Assembly: GCF_000253055.1 (NCBI RefSeq)
Contig: NC_016070.1
Coordinates: 1,140,001 to 1,172,000, forward strand
Source: Thermoproteus tenax Kra 1
Lineage (GTDB): Archaea; Thermoproteota; Thermoprotei; Thermoproteales; Thermoproteaceae
Length of the DNA stretch: 32,000 bases
Direction: 5' to 3'
Positions within the stretch are counted from its first letter, which is position 1; each line of letters opens with the position of its first letter. Below, in pieces: positions 1 through 9,517 of the stretch. Position numbers and translations under genes: made by a program. The notes below the pieces were generated by a model that ran no database searches, had not been told where the DNA came from, and saw only the letters and a program-made list of their open reading frames with translations.

Positions 1-872
1 CCGTCGTTGAGGCTCCCCCGGGCTTCAAGGCCTTGGCGATGGAGCTAGCCAGGAGGACTGGGTCCAAGGTGTCGGGGAGGGCCGTGTGGGGGAGCTGCGA
101 TGTGGGGTTGGACGAGGCCAGAGCTCTGGGCGCCGAGAGGATCGTCCACCTCGGACACGGCGTTCCCCCCAACATCGCCTATCTGTTGAAGAAGAACACA
201 GGCGGCAGAGTGGAGAAGATAGACACAGACACATACGTCCTCAGGGCGCAGGGGATCGAGGCCTACTTCGTCCCTGTGTACTATATGCCGCCTGAGGATC
301 TCCCCTCGCCGCCGTTGGGCAAACTCTACTTCCCCGTCCCCTACCGCTTGATAGCTGAGGAGCTTGCTGCGCGGTACCGTCTGGAGCTCGCGGCGGAGCC
401 CATCACGGGCTGTTGGGTGGGAGAGGCGCCTGCGGGCTCCGCAGTGGTGGTGTCCCCAGGCTATTTCTACGCGTTGGCTGTGAAGCTCTTCTACCCCGAG
501 GCGCAAGTGTGGGCGCTCGACCCGTTCAACAGACGCGTTGTCCCAATAGAGTCTGAGTACAGAAGGCTCATGGGACTGAAGGCGAGGGCGTATCTTGCCA
601 GGAGAGATAAGGTGATAGTGGTGGTCTCCAGGAAGCCCGGCCAGATGCAGAGGGAGGCCGCGGAGAGAGCCGCCGAGAAGCTCGGCGGCATAGTAGTCGA
701 GCTGGACGAGGCGTCGCCGGAGCTCCTAGACGACCTACAGGCCGATCTCATAGTGAATACCGCCTGCCCCAGGATAGGCTTCGACGATTTGGACAGAATC
801 AAGACCCCCGTGATTAACTTGAAGGAGCTCGAGGAAGGGTTCAAGCCCCAGAACATCATAAGGCTGATCTAG
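1..872 (+). CDS. dph2: Diphthamide synthase Dph2 (2-(3-amino-3-carboxypropyl)histidine synthase), 5'-truncated by the window edge
   Basis: The frame of ORF 33..872 stays open back to nt 3 (VVEAPPGFKALAMELA...), so the N-terminus lies outside the window. The motif order matches archaeal Dph2 as I remember it: PxGxK opening, GSCD (cf. GACD), HLGH, NTACPR, PVINLKE. Confidence 0.8.
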   Translation, partial: VVEAPPGFKALAMELARRTGSKVSGRAVWGSCDVGLDEARALGAERIVHLGHGVPPNIAYLLKKNTGGRVEKIDTDTYVLRAQGIEAYFVPVYYMPPEDLPSPPLGKLYFPVPYRLIAEELAARYRLELAAEPITGCWVGEAPAGSAVVVSPGYFYALAVKLFYPEAQVWALDPFNRRVVPIESEYRRLMGLKARAYLARRDKVIVVVSRKPGQMQREAAERAAEKLGGIVVELDEASPELLDDLQADLIVNTACPRIGFDDLDRIKTPVINLKELEEGFKPQNIIRLI

Positions 873-949
873 CCGCAGTTCAGCGTCGTCGACCCCTATT
901 GTCTATAGAGAGAGACTTCGGACCACAATTTAAAATTACCGGTGCATTC

Positions 950-957
950 TTTAAAAA
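950..957 (+). promoter_or_regulatory. TATA-like box (TTTAAAAA) for the aminopeptidase gene
   Basis: An AT box in otherwise GC-rich DNA, centred about 24 nt upstream of GTG 977. A second AT box (AATTTAAAATTA) lies at 928-939. Confidence 0.45.
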
Positions 958-976
958 GAGACGACCACCGTATTCT

Positions 977-3313
977 GTGAAGATCAAAAGATATGACCTA
1001 GACTTGAGGGTTAAGTTCAACGAGCTCGCCTACGACGGCTCGGTCCTCATCGACGTAGAGTCCCAAGAAGATCTCTCCATCGACGCAGTGGGCCTAGCCG
1101 TGAGGGCAGTGGAGGTTGACGGAAGGCCGGTCCAGTATAAATACGATGGATCCTCCATAAAGGTCGGGGGCCCCGTCTCGGGCCGCGTGAGAATCGAGTT
1201 CTCCGGCAAAGTGTCCGAGAAGCTCTTCGGCATATATAAGGCCCCCTACGCGGGCGGATACATTATATCTACGCAGTTCGAGCCCACGGGGGCCAGACAG
1301 TTCATACCGTGCGTGGACAGGCCGGACGCAAAGGCCCCCTTCAAGGCCAGAGTGGCGGTCGACGGAGACTACGACGTCATATTCAACACGCCGCCCCTGA
1401 GAGTCTATTGGGAGGGCGGACTCAAGGTGTTCGAGTTCGCTGAGACTCCGCCCATGCCCACATATCTGCTCTACTTGGGCATCGGCAAATTCTATGAGGC
1501 TAGGGAGAGGCTGGGCAATATAGAGCTCATATTCGCGACGCCGGTGAAGGAGCGGCTGGACGACGGGCTCTTCGCGCTCTATGTGGCTAAGAGGTCTTTG
1601 GAGTTCTTCGGCTCCTACTTCTCCTACCAGTACCCATTGCCCAAGCTCCATCTGATCCACGTGCCCGAGTTCGCCGCAGGCGCCATGGAGAACTTCGGGG
1701 CTATAACGGGCAGAGAGACTGCGCTGCTCGCGGGCAGGGAGAGCTCGGAGCTCGTCAAGAGGAGGGTGGCCGAGGTGGTGGCGCACGAGGTGGCCCACCA
1801 GTGGTTCGGAGATCTGGTCACTCTGAGGTGGTGGGGCGACCTCTGGCTCAACGAGTCCTTCGCCACGTTCTTGAGCTATAAGGCCTTAGACGCGATCTTC
1901 CCCGAGTGGAGCCCCTGGCACAGATTCTTGGTCGACGAGACTATGTCCTCGATGGTCAGAGACTCGCTCCTCAGCACTCACCCCGTGAGGGTCCCCATAA
2001 AGAGCGAGGCCGAGGCCTTCGAGATCTTCGACGATATCAGCTACGGCAAGGGAGCATCCCTTCTGCGCATGTTGGAGGGATATCTGGGCGAGGACGGCCT
2101 CAAGAGGGGTCTGTCCCTCTATGTGGCAAGGCGCGCCTACTCCAACGCCTCAGCCGAGGACCTCTGGTCGGACATCGAGGAGGCAACAGGCGCGCCCGTA
2201 TCGCGGATAATGGGCGCTTGGGTTAACAAGCCGGGCCACCCCGTGTTGAGAGTCGAGGGCGGCAGAGTCAGACAAGCCCGCTTCACGTTCAACGGCGATA
2301 TCCCGGATGCGTGGCCCATCCCCCTCGTCTATAGGCGGGGCGGCGAGGCGCATTCCCTCCTCGTGGAGGGCGAGTCAGCGCCGTTCGAGTGGAGCGAGGG
2401 GACTCTGTTGAACGTAGACGGACGGGGGTACTACAGAGTCGCCTACCCCAACTGGCGGTCGGCCCTGGGGGCTGCCGTCAACGACTACGAGCGATGGTCT
2501 GTGATAAACGATGCGTTCGGTCTGCTTATACAGGGCTCGGTGGGCTTAGAGGAGTACTTGGCCTTAGTCGAGGCTGTGAGGGATCGGCCGAGCTACCTCA
2601 TGACTGCCTCAGTCGCCGCACAGCTGGGCCTCCTCTACCAGATCAATCCGTCCCTCGTGGCGCAGACCTACGTGGACTACCTAAGAGCTCAGGCCAAGGC
2701 GCTGGAAGGCTCGCCGAGGCTCGCCGACGTTAAAGAGCTAGTGGCAACGCGAAGGGCCCTCGTGGATGAAGAATACGCCGGAGAGCTGGCCCCGAGGATC
2801 AAGGAGTACTCTTCCCTGGAGCCGGGCTTGAGGCAGGCCGTGGCAAACGCCTATGCGGTAGCCGGCGAGAGGCCCTTCGAGGTCCTCAGCGATCTGTACA
2901 GATCGCTGAGGTCGGACGAGGACAGAAACAGAGTTCTCTCGGCCATGTTGAACACTAGAAGCTCCGGCGACTTCGCGAGGGCCGTCGACTTTCTTTTGAA
3001 CAGCGGCGAGGTGAAGAAACAAGACCTCCACATGATAGCTGTCGGCGCGCGGAACCCCCATGTGAGGGACGTGGCCTTCAGCTTGATCGTGCCCAATCTG
3101 TCCTCAATAGCGGAGAGGATAGTGGGGGCCTTCGGAGATCCCGGAGTGCTCTCGCGGACGTTGATCAGCATGATCCCCTTGGTGGGGATAGGGCACGAGG
3201 AGGAGACTGAGAGGGCCGTGAGAGGGCTGAAGATAAAGGGCATAGAGATGGGCGTAGAGGCCAGCCTGGAGTTGCTGAAGGCCTACTCCAGAGTCTCGCG
3301 CCTCAGACTCTAG
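977..3313 (+). CDS. M1-family zinc aminopeptidase (tricorn-interacting factor F3 / PepN type)
   Basis: ORF 899..3313 carries the GAMEN exopeptidase motif and HEVAHQWFGD-x-WLNESFA (HEXXH-X18-E zinc site). I prefer GTG 977 (MKIKRYDLDLRV...) because of the TATA box 24 nt upstream. TTG 899 remains possible. Confidence 0.9.
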   Translation: MKIKRYDLDLRVKFNELAYDGSVLIDVESQEDLSIDAVGLAVRAVEVDGRPVQYKYDGSSIKVGGPVSGRVRIEFSGKVSEKLFGIYKAPYAGGYIISTQFEPTGARQFIPCVDRPDAKAPFKARVAVDGDYDVIFNTPPLRVYWEGGLKVFEFAETPPMPTYLLYLGIGKFYEARERLGNIELIFATPVKERLDDGLFALYVAKRSLEFFGSYFSYQYPLPKLHLIHVPEFAAGAMENFGAITGRETALLAGRESSELVKRRVAEVVAHEVAHQWFGDLVTLRWWGDLWLNESFATFLSYKALDAIFPEWSPWHRFLVDETMSSMVRDSLLSTHPVRVPIKSEAEAFEIFDDISYGKGASLLRMLEGYLGEDGLKRGLSLYVARRAYSNASAEDLWSDIEEATGAPVSRIMGAWVNKPGHPVLRVEGGRVRQARFTFNGDIPDAWPIPLVYRRGGEAHSLLVEGESAPFEWSEGTLLNVDGRGYYRVAYPNWRSALGAAVNDYERWSVINDAFGLLIQGSVGLEEYLALVEAVRDRPSYLMTASVAAQLGLLYQINPSLVAQTYVDYLRAQAKALEGSPRLADVKELVATRRALVDEEYAGELAPRIKEYSSLEPGLRQAVANAYAVAGERPFEVLSDLYRSLRSDEDRNRVLSAMLNTRSSGDFARAVDFLLNSGEVKKQDLHMIAVGARNPHVRDVAFSLIVPNLSSIAERIVGAFGDPGVLSRTLISMIPLVGIGHEEETERAVRGLKIKGIEMGVEASLELLKAYSRVSRLRL

Positions 3314-3314
3314 C

Positions 3315-3650
3315 GTGGAGTGTAGAGAGAGGGAGGTAATAAACACGCTCAGGGCCAGGCTGGGTTGCGAGGAGGGGGGACCTCTAGACTTAGGCTTCGC
3401 CAGGGCGGTGCCCGACATGGTGTGCAACGGGGTTCCGGTCGAGGTCGAGTGTCTCTCCACCTTTTACTGTGGAGTGGGACAGGCCTTGACGTATCTATAC
3501 GCTGTGGGCCGCGCCGCGTTGATCCTTGTGGCCGATGAGGTCTCGGCCGGGCTAAGGCGCTATTTGGAGTGGCTCTCTCAGTCTGTGGACGTCTACGTCT
3601 ATTCCCGGGGGGAGATCACTCCACTCGGTAGGGCGAGGTGGAGTCTATGA
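3315..3650 (+). CDS. Hypothetical small Cys-rich protein (111 aa)
   Basis: GTG start 1 nt after the aminopeptidase stop, with plausible codon usage. The pattern E..D-x8-EVE..Q loosely resembles a degenerate PD-(D/E)XK core (Lys replaced by Cys); this is inference only. The 3' end overlaps the convergent ParA-like gene by 35 nt. Confidence 0.45.
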   Translation: MECREREVINTLRARLGCEEGGPLDLGFARAVPDMVCNGVPVEVECLSTFYCGVGQALTYLYAVGRAALILVADEVSAGLRRYLEWLSQSVDVYVYSRGEITPLGRARWSL

Positions 3651-4536
3651 AGGAGACCAAGCTCTCGAAGTACGCGTTGAACTGCGATCTGACGCTCTTG
3701 TCTCTTCCTACAACCACCATGGGGTGGCCCTGCGATAGATAGCTCTCTATGCTTAAGTCGTCCCGGAGCTTAAAGCCGTAAAACTCCGTTGCCGCGTCCC
3801 CGTAGTATTTGTCTTTGGCCTCGTTGCGCAAGACGGTCAAGCCGGGGAACTCCTTCGTCAAAGCGTCTCTGACGGACTCCCAGACCGCCTTCACATCGGA
3901 GCTTCTGACGGCCGCCTTGATCTGGTTTATGACGGCCAACATGTATCTGTCCGAATCCTTGATGTTGAAATGGCGCTCCAACAGGGCGCGCACCCTTTTG
4001 AGCATGTCTACGGTCTTCCTGAGCTCCGGCTCCGCCGGCCTCGTTAGCACAACGTAGAAGGGGGCGAAGTGCACCACCATGCCGAAGTATGAGTAGAGCC
4101 AGTTGGGCGAATCGACGATTATATAGTCGAACTTGTCTCTGACGTCTGAGAGCAGCTCGTCCAACAGAATCTCCCACCTGGGCGTCTTGAAGATCTCAGA
4201 CGTCAGATCGTCTAGATTTCCGCCGGGAAGAACCTTAAAGGAGGCGTCGCTCTTCACCACTCTGTGCGCGTAGAGGCACCTCTCGACGTCGGTCCTCCTA
4301 TCGCTGCGGCCCGCCTTGTAGTCCAACAGCCCCTTCATCAAGCTCTTTATATCGCATCCCTCCTCCTCGGCCTCCCTCTTTTTGTCGCCCAAGGTCCAGA
4401 GCGTCGCCGTAGCCGAAGGGTCCAAGTCCACCAACAGCACGCGCCTCCCCTTTATGGCGAACGCCCCGGCTGTCAGTATAGAGAACGTAGTCTTTCCAAC
4501 GCCTCCAGACGCAGATATGAAACTTATTGTAATCAC
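3616..4536 (-). CDS. ParA/MinD-family P-loop ATPase with C-terminal extension
   Basis: Motifs seen: SASGGVGKTT (Walker A lacking the signature Lys of KGGxGK[ST]), VLLVDLDPSA, IIVDSPN (Walker B). The ORF track starts at 4641. I prefer GTG 4536 (M-ITISFISASGGVGKTT), which gives the normal ParA N-terminus and puts TAAATAATATAAAA (4555-4568) about 25 nt upstream. Confidence 0.8.
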   Translation of the reverse strand: MITISFISASGGVGKTTFSILTAGAFAIKGRRVLLVDLDPSATATLWTLGDKKREAEEEGCDIKSLMKGLLDYKAGRSDRRTDVERCLYAHRVVKSDASFKVLPGGNLDDLTSEIFKTPRWEILLDELLSDVRDKFDYIIVDSPNWLYSYFGMVVHFAPFYVVLTRPAEPELRKTVDMLKRVRALLERHFNIKDSDRYMLAVINQIKAAVRSSDVKAVWESVRDALTKEFPGLTVLRNEAKDKYYGDAATEFYGFKLRDDLSIESYLSQGHPMVVVGRDKSVRSQFNAYFESLVSFIDSTSPYRVE

Positions 4537-4554
4537 ACTAGAATTAAAATAAAC

Positions 4555-4568
4555 TTTTATATTATTTA
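4555..4568 (-). promoter_or_regulatory. TATA-like box for the ParA-like gene
   Basis: The minus strand reads TAAATAATATAAAA, centred about 25 nt upstream of GTG 4536. Confidence 0.45.
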
Positions 4569-4682
4569 CGTTCGGAAAAGCTGTTTCTAAAAGGTCAACG
4601 CACGAGGCCATGCATTTTATCAGAAAAAATAGGATACACAATCTTAATTGAAAAAATTATTTATAATATTAATGTAAAAAAA

Positions 4683-4692
4683 TCTATATAAG
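4683..4692 (+). promoter_or_regulatory. TATA-like box (TCTATATAAG) for the nox/CoADR gene
   Basis: Centred about 24 nt upstream of GTG 4712, inside a 175-nt AT-rich divergent spacer. Confidence 0.5.
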
Positions 4693-4711
4693 TTAAGCTG
4701 ACTCTCAAGCC

Positions 4712-6048
4712 GTGCGAACAATCGTCGTAGTCGGTGGAGGGGCGGCGGGGGCAACGGCGGCGTCGCGCGCCAAGAGGATGTGCCCCTCCTGCAGAGTTGT
4801 CCTCATAGAGGCTGGAGCTCACGTGACCCATGCCCCGTGCGCCGTGCCCTACGCCATCGGCGGCCTGGCCCGCGAGGAGCTCTGGCTTTACACAGAGGAG
4901 GAAATGGAGTCCGAGCGCGGCCTGGAGATCTACAGAGAGACTAAGGCCGTCGACGTGTTGGGCGACAGACTCATCGTAGAGGGGAAGTTGAATGGCTCAA
5001 TACAGTTTGACCAACTCATTATAGCCACTGGGGCTAGGCCGGCGGTGCCCAGAGTGGAGGGGACGGAGCTGGAGGGCGTTTTGCCCATAAGAGGCGTCGA
5101 GGTCGTGGAAAAGGCAAGGAGACTGTTGGCGGGGGCCGAGAGAGTGGTCGTCGTCGGGGCGGGCTACATCGGCGTCGAGATGGCCGACGTGCTCTCCCAC
5201 CTGGGAAAGAAGGTGTACGTAGTCGACGCAAGCGAGAGGCCCTTGGCGCGCTCTCTGGACAGAGATATGGGCGAGGTCGTGGCCAAGTTTATGTCCGGAC
5301 AAGTGGAGCTGAGGTTGGGCGAGAGGCTGGTCAAAATAGGGGGGACGTCGAGAGTGGAGTACGTGAGACAGACAAAGGCAGAATTCCAGCTGACTTGGTC
5401 TTTCTGGCGACCGGGGTGAGACCCAACGTGGACCTCGCCCTGAGGGCCGGCGCAAGGCTGGGCCCCACAGGCGCCGTGTCAGTGAACGAGTACATGGAGG
5501 CCGGGCCCCCCGGCGTCTACGTCGCAGGCGATGTAGCGGAGGCAGTGAACAAGCTCACGGGGGAGCCAACGTGGATCCCCCTGGCGACTTACGCCAACAA
5601 AATGGGCTATGTGGCTGGGACAAACGCCGGGCTCAACGGAAGGTTCGTGCGCTTCCCTCCCATCGCCGGCGTTTCCATCACTAAGTTCAGACATATGTAC
5701 ATCGGCTCCGCCGGCCTCACAGAGGAGGAGGCGAGGAGGCGCGGGCTCCTCGGCGAAGTGGCGAAGATAACGACGGCGGACAAGGCGAGATATATGATCG
5801 AGGTCAACAACATAACGTTGAAGGCAGTATCGGACAGAGAGGGCAGACTGCTGGGCGTCCAGATCGTCGGGTTCACGCCTGCTGTCGCCGGTCTGTTGGA
5901 CCTCGCGGCGCAGTTCCTCGGGCGGCCGGCCGACGAGCTGTTCTACGGAGAATACTCATACATGCCCTATACGGCGACGCCGTGGCATCCTCTAACTATA
6001 GTGGGGAGGCTCTTCTTGAGGGGGAGGATCAAGCCGCTTAACTCCTAG
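4712..6048 (+). pseudogene. CoA-disulfide reductase / NADH oxidase (single-Cys pyridine nucleotide-disulfide oxidoreductase), interrupted by a 1-nt frameshift
   Basis: GGGAAGATAA dinucleotide fold, redox Cys in THAPCAVPY, and a second GxGxxG (VVGAGYIGVE). ORF 4712..5419 and ORF 5395..6048 are the two halves of one protein. Reading VEYV then ETDKGRIPADLVFLATGVRPN requires one extra base near 5365 (gtg-ag where gtg-gag is expected). Confidence 0.8.
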
Positions 6049-6134
6049 GCCGCGGCCCGCCAGCGGCGGCTGCTAGAGACAGGGGCCTATATGGCCGAGC
6101 GGGCCTCGAGCCCCTCCGGGGAGGCCGGGCGCCG

Positions 6135-8342
6135 CTAAGGGGGGCGCAACTGCTCCAATAGAGACCTCAGCCCTCTGTAGTCCCCGACTCTGAACTTGGC
6201 CAGAGTTGGGCCAGGCCCCACTTTCACAGTGTAGGCGCTCTGGGGCGCGACCTCGAACATGCCCTCGTCCGTCTCGTCGTCGCCTGCGACGAACACAAAG
6301 TCGGGCGAGAGCTCGTCAAGCAACATCTTGGCCGCCGTCCCCTTGGTGTATCCAGCCGGGCGCACCTCCACCACCTTCTTGCCCCTCAATATCGAGAGGC
6401 CCGAGCCCGCCAGCGCGTTGGACAACGCATCGATCAACTCCACCACTGCCTTCTCGGCGATTGTCTCATCGGCGTTGCGGTAGTGCCAAGCTATCCCGGC
6501 CTCTTTCACCTCCACGAAGCTTCCGGGGACATTAGAGGCGAAGTCCTCCATTATGCCCTTGGCGTACTGCCTCCATGAGGGATCGACTTTCCCCAACGAT
6601 TTCCATTCTCCTCCGGGGTGTTTCAGGAAGAAGCCGTGCTCCGCCACAAGGCCGACCGGCAGTCTGCCGAGCCAGCCGTCCAGAAAGTCTCTGCCCCTCC
6701 CGCTCACTACGTAGACCGCCGTCTCGGGGAGCGCCGCAAGGCGGCTCAACAGCTCCAACAGATCGCCGTCTGGAACCGCCATGTGCGGGTAGGGATAGTG
6801 GGGGACCAACGTGCCGTCGTAGTCCAAGAGCAAGAGCCTCCTCTTGGCCTTGGCGAAGTCAGACTTGAGTTTGTCCACCGAGAGCTCCTCCATATATCTG
6901 AGGGCCTTCTCCACCTCCTCTCGGGCCGACTTCGCCGAGATTAGGGAGTAGATGAAGTCGGTGCCCCATCTGACCACGTCCCTCATCCTCAGCCTCTCCT
7001 GCATAGCCCTGATCCTCCTACACTGCTCGTCCTCCGACATGGAGAGCGCCTCCGCTATCGCCTCCGCAGTGCCCCCCACGTCGTTTGGGTTTATCACCAA
7101 CGCCTCGGCCAGCTCCTTGGAGGCGCCGGCCAGTTCGCTGAGTATAAGCACTCCGCGGCAGTCCCTCTTGGAGGCCACGAACTCCTTCGCCACCAAGTTC
7201 ATTCCGTCGCGCAGCGGAGTTATCAGAGCAACGTCGGCTATATTGTACAGCGCCATGAGGGTGGGCGATGGGATGAAGCGGTACAAGTACACTATAGGGA
7301 CCCAGTTGAGCTCCCCCAGCTCCCCATTTATTCTGCCGACCTCTCTGTCTATCTGCCTCTTCATTTCCTCGTACATGGGCACGCCCGTCCTCGAGGGCAC
7401 GACCACCAACACGAACACGGCTCTGCCGCGCCACTCGGGGTGCTCCCTCAAGAACCTCTCCCACGCGGCCACCCTCCTTAGGACGCCCTTAGTGTAGTCA
7501 AGTCTGTCTATAGAGAACACAACCTTCGCGCGCCCCAACATCTCTCTGAGCTTCGCCATCTCCTCGACTACAGAGGGATCCTGCGAGGAATTGTAGAATC
7601 TATCGAAGTCTATGCCTATGGGGAAGACGCCAACTCTCACCCTTCTGTGGCCCACTGCGATGGCCCCCATCTCCACTTTGTATCCCAGGAATCTGACGAC
7701 GCTCCTGGAGAAATTCGCGGAGTATTCGTATGTGTGGAAGCCGACGAGGTCCGACCCCAGGAGGCCCTCCAAGATCTCCCTCCGCCACTCGGAGGGCAGG
7801 AGCTGTAGAAGCTCGGCCGGCGGGAAGGGGATGTGGAGGAAGAAGCCCACTCCGACCTCCGCCGCCTCTCTCACTATCGCCGGCGCCAACATGAGGTGGT
7901 AGTCGTGGATCCACACTAGGTCGCCGGGGCGCGCCAGAGCTACGACCGCTTTGGCGTACTTCTCGTTGACGCCTCTGTAGGCGCGCCAGTGCTTCTCCTC
8001 ATACGTCGCATACTCCGAGAAGCCGTGGAAGAGCGGCCAGAGAGTCGAATTGGAAAAGCCCTCGTAGAACCCCTCGACCTCCTCAGACGAGAGGGGGACA
8101 GGCTCTAGGCCCATCCCTCTGAGGCGCTCCCTCAGATCGTTGGACTCCCTCTCCGAGGGCACGCCTGACCAGCCGACCCAGACGACCTCCTCGAGGCCCA
8201 GCTCTCTGCCCCCGTTCACGGCGCCGAGGAAGGACTTCATAGCAGTCGCAAGGCCGCCCACGGACTCCCTTATCTCGCCGCTCGGCGATATAGTGACGGG
8301 CAATCTGTTGGAGACCACTATGAGGCGCACTTGTCCTCCCAC
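6135..8342 (-). CDS. tpsp: Bifunctional trehalose-6-phosphate synthase/phosphatase (OtsA-OtsB fusion, TPSP)
   Basis: 735 aa. The N-terminal GT20 domain starts with the typical LIVVSNRLPV...GGLATA. The C-terminal HAD phosphatase has LLLLDYDGTLVP, VSGR and AGDDETDE motifs. Confidence 0.93.
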   Translation of the reverse strand: MGGQVRLIVVSNRLPVTISPSGEIRESVGGLATAMKSFLGAVNGGRELGLEEVVWVGWSGVPSERESNDLRERLRGMGLEPVPLSSEEVEGFYEGFSNSTLWPLFHGFSEYATYEEKHWRAYRGVNEKYAKAVVALARPGDLVWIHDYHLMLAPAIVREAAEVGVGFFLHIPFPPAELLQLLPSEWRREILEGLLGSDLVGFHTYEYSANFSRSVVRFLGYKVEMGAIAVGHRRVRVGVFPIGIDFDRFYNSSQDPSVVEEMAKLREMLGRAKVVFSIDRLDYTKGVLRRVAAWERFLREHPEWRGRAVFVLVVVPSRTGVPMYEEMKRQIDREVGRINGELGELNWVPIVYLYRFIPSPTLMALYNIADVALITPLRDGMNLVAKEFVASKRDCRGVLILSELAGASKELAEALVINPNDVGGTAEAIAEALSMSEDEQCRRIRAMQERLRMRDVVRWGTDFIYSLISAKSAREEVEKALRYMEELSVDKLKSDFAKAKRRLLLLDYDGTLVPHYPYPHMAVPDGDLLELLSRLAALPETAVYVVSGRGRDFLDGWLGRLPVGLVAEHGFFLKHPGGEWKSLGKVDPSWRQYAKGIMEDFASNVPGSFVEVKEAGIAWHYRNADETIAEKAVVELIDALSNALAGSGLSILRGKKVVEVRPAGYTKGTAAKMLLDELSPDFVFVAGDDETDEGMFEVAPQSAYTVKVGPGPTLAKFRVGDYRGLRSLLEQLRPP

Positions 8343-8353
8343 GGAACGCCTTT

Positions 8354-9517
8354 TTACGGTTGTGCCCCTAAAATTAATTCGGCGAGGCGCCCGATGCTCA
8401 GCTGAGGCGCCCTCTCCTTGGCCTTGGCCCCCATCTCGGCCAACACATCCAGCCGCCTCACGAGGGACTCTATCACTCTGGGCGCGTCGCCCAGTTGGGC
8501 GAGCCTAACTCCGTCTACGCCGTCTCTGACCAACCTCGAGGCGTGGTTGTACTGCGAGACCGCGACGGGCACTCCCAGGCCCATGAACTCCAACACGCGA
8601 ATGCCCGCCGGCTCGTAGGAGGAGAGGTCGACTCCCAACGCGGACTTCGCCATCACCGGCTCGGGCTCCACGTCCTCAAGGACCAAGAGGTTCTTGGGCC
8701 GGGCCCTCTTGAGTCGCTGTGCCTCGCCCCCAGCGCCTACGGCCGCTACGACGATGTTGCCCGCCGAGGAGAGCCGCTCGGCCGTCTTGGCCAACAGCTC
8801 TAAGTTTTTGTCCTCCTCAAGCGGCCCAACGTAGGCCACCACGGCCTCCGCTCCCTCTAGCTCGCCCGGAGGAGGGCGGCTCGCGCGGGCCAACAGCTCT
8901 TCGTCGATCCAATTGGGGGCCACCGCGATCCTCCGCGGCCTATACTGCGACAGCTCCTCGGCCTCCTCCTCGCTCATTGCCACAACTAAATCTGCAGCGC
9001 GGATCACGCGGGGGCAGTGCAAGGCGCACCACATGAGCTTCGAGGCGCCCAGGAGGGACCGGGCGCTCGGCGGAGGCGGCAGATACAGCGGTATGTATAC
9101 TACGGTCACGCCTCTGGCCTCGCCCAGAGCAGCGAGGGACCTTCTGACCTCAGCCCAGCGCGCTACCTCCTCGGGCCCGTTCCAGAAGCTCGAGAGGACG
9201 ACGACTACGTCGAAGCCCAGTACGTCGTCTATGTTCCTCAAAATCGAGGGGAAGCTCCTGAGGGAGATGCTTCCTGACAGAGACCTCTGGCTCAGTACTC
9301 TGATTGTCGGAACCCCCGAGGGGTCCTCCTTGAGCGCCACGTAGCCGCCCAGACTCCTCTCCAGTACCTCCTCGTCCGCTGCGGGCTCTCCCTCGTGGTA
9401 TACGCTGGTTATCAGCCAGGCCTTGGCATATCTGTTGAGCGCCCTCACTAACAGAGCCCCGGCCCTATCGGCGTCCCTCCAACGGGAGGTCTGCGGCGCC
9501 ACTACAGCTACGTTCAT
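8354..9517 (-). CDS. GT4-family glycosyltransferase (TPSP partner GT of the trehalose operon)
   Basis: The real start is ATG 9517 (MNVAVVAPQ...), not 10309. The C-terminal E-x7-E region is YEPAGIRVLEFMGLGVP. Its ATG overlaps the TGA of the upstream membrane gene (ATGA at 9514-9517), and it ends 11 nt upstream of tpsp. Confidence 0.85.
   Translation of the reverse strand: MNVAVVAPQTSRWRDADRAGALLVRALNRYAKAWLITSVYHEGEPAADEEVLERSLGGYVALKEDPSGVPTIRVLSQRSLSGSISLRSFPSILRNIDDVLGFDVVVVLSSFWNGPEEVARWAEVRRSLAALGEARGVTVVYIPLYLPPPPSARSLLGASKLMWCALHCPRVIRAADLVVAMSEEEAEELSQYRPRRIAVAPNWIDEELLARASRPPPGELEGAEAVVAYVGPLEEDKNLELLAKTAERLSSAGNIVVAAVGAGGEAQRLKRARPKNLLVLEDVEPEPVMAKSALGVDLSSYEPAGIRVLEFMGLGVPVAVSQYNHASRLVRDGVDGVRLAQLGDAPRVIESLVRRLDVLAEMGAKAKERAPQLSIGRLAELILGAQP

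Noticed and set aside
5340-5420. Programmed -1 ribosomal frameshift in the nox/CoADR gene.
   Set aside because: No X-XXY-YYZ slippery heptamer at the junction and no obvious downstream stem-loop. A one-base indel explains it.
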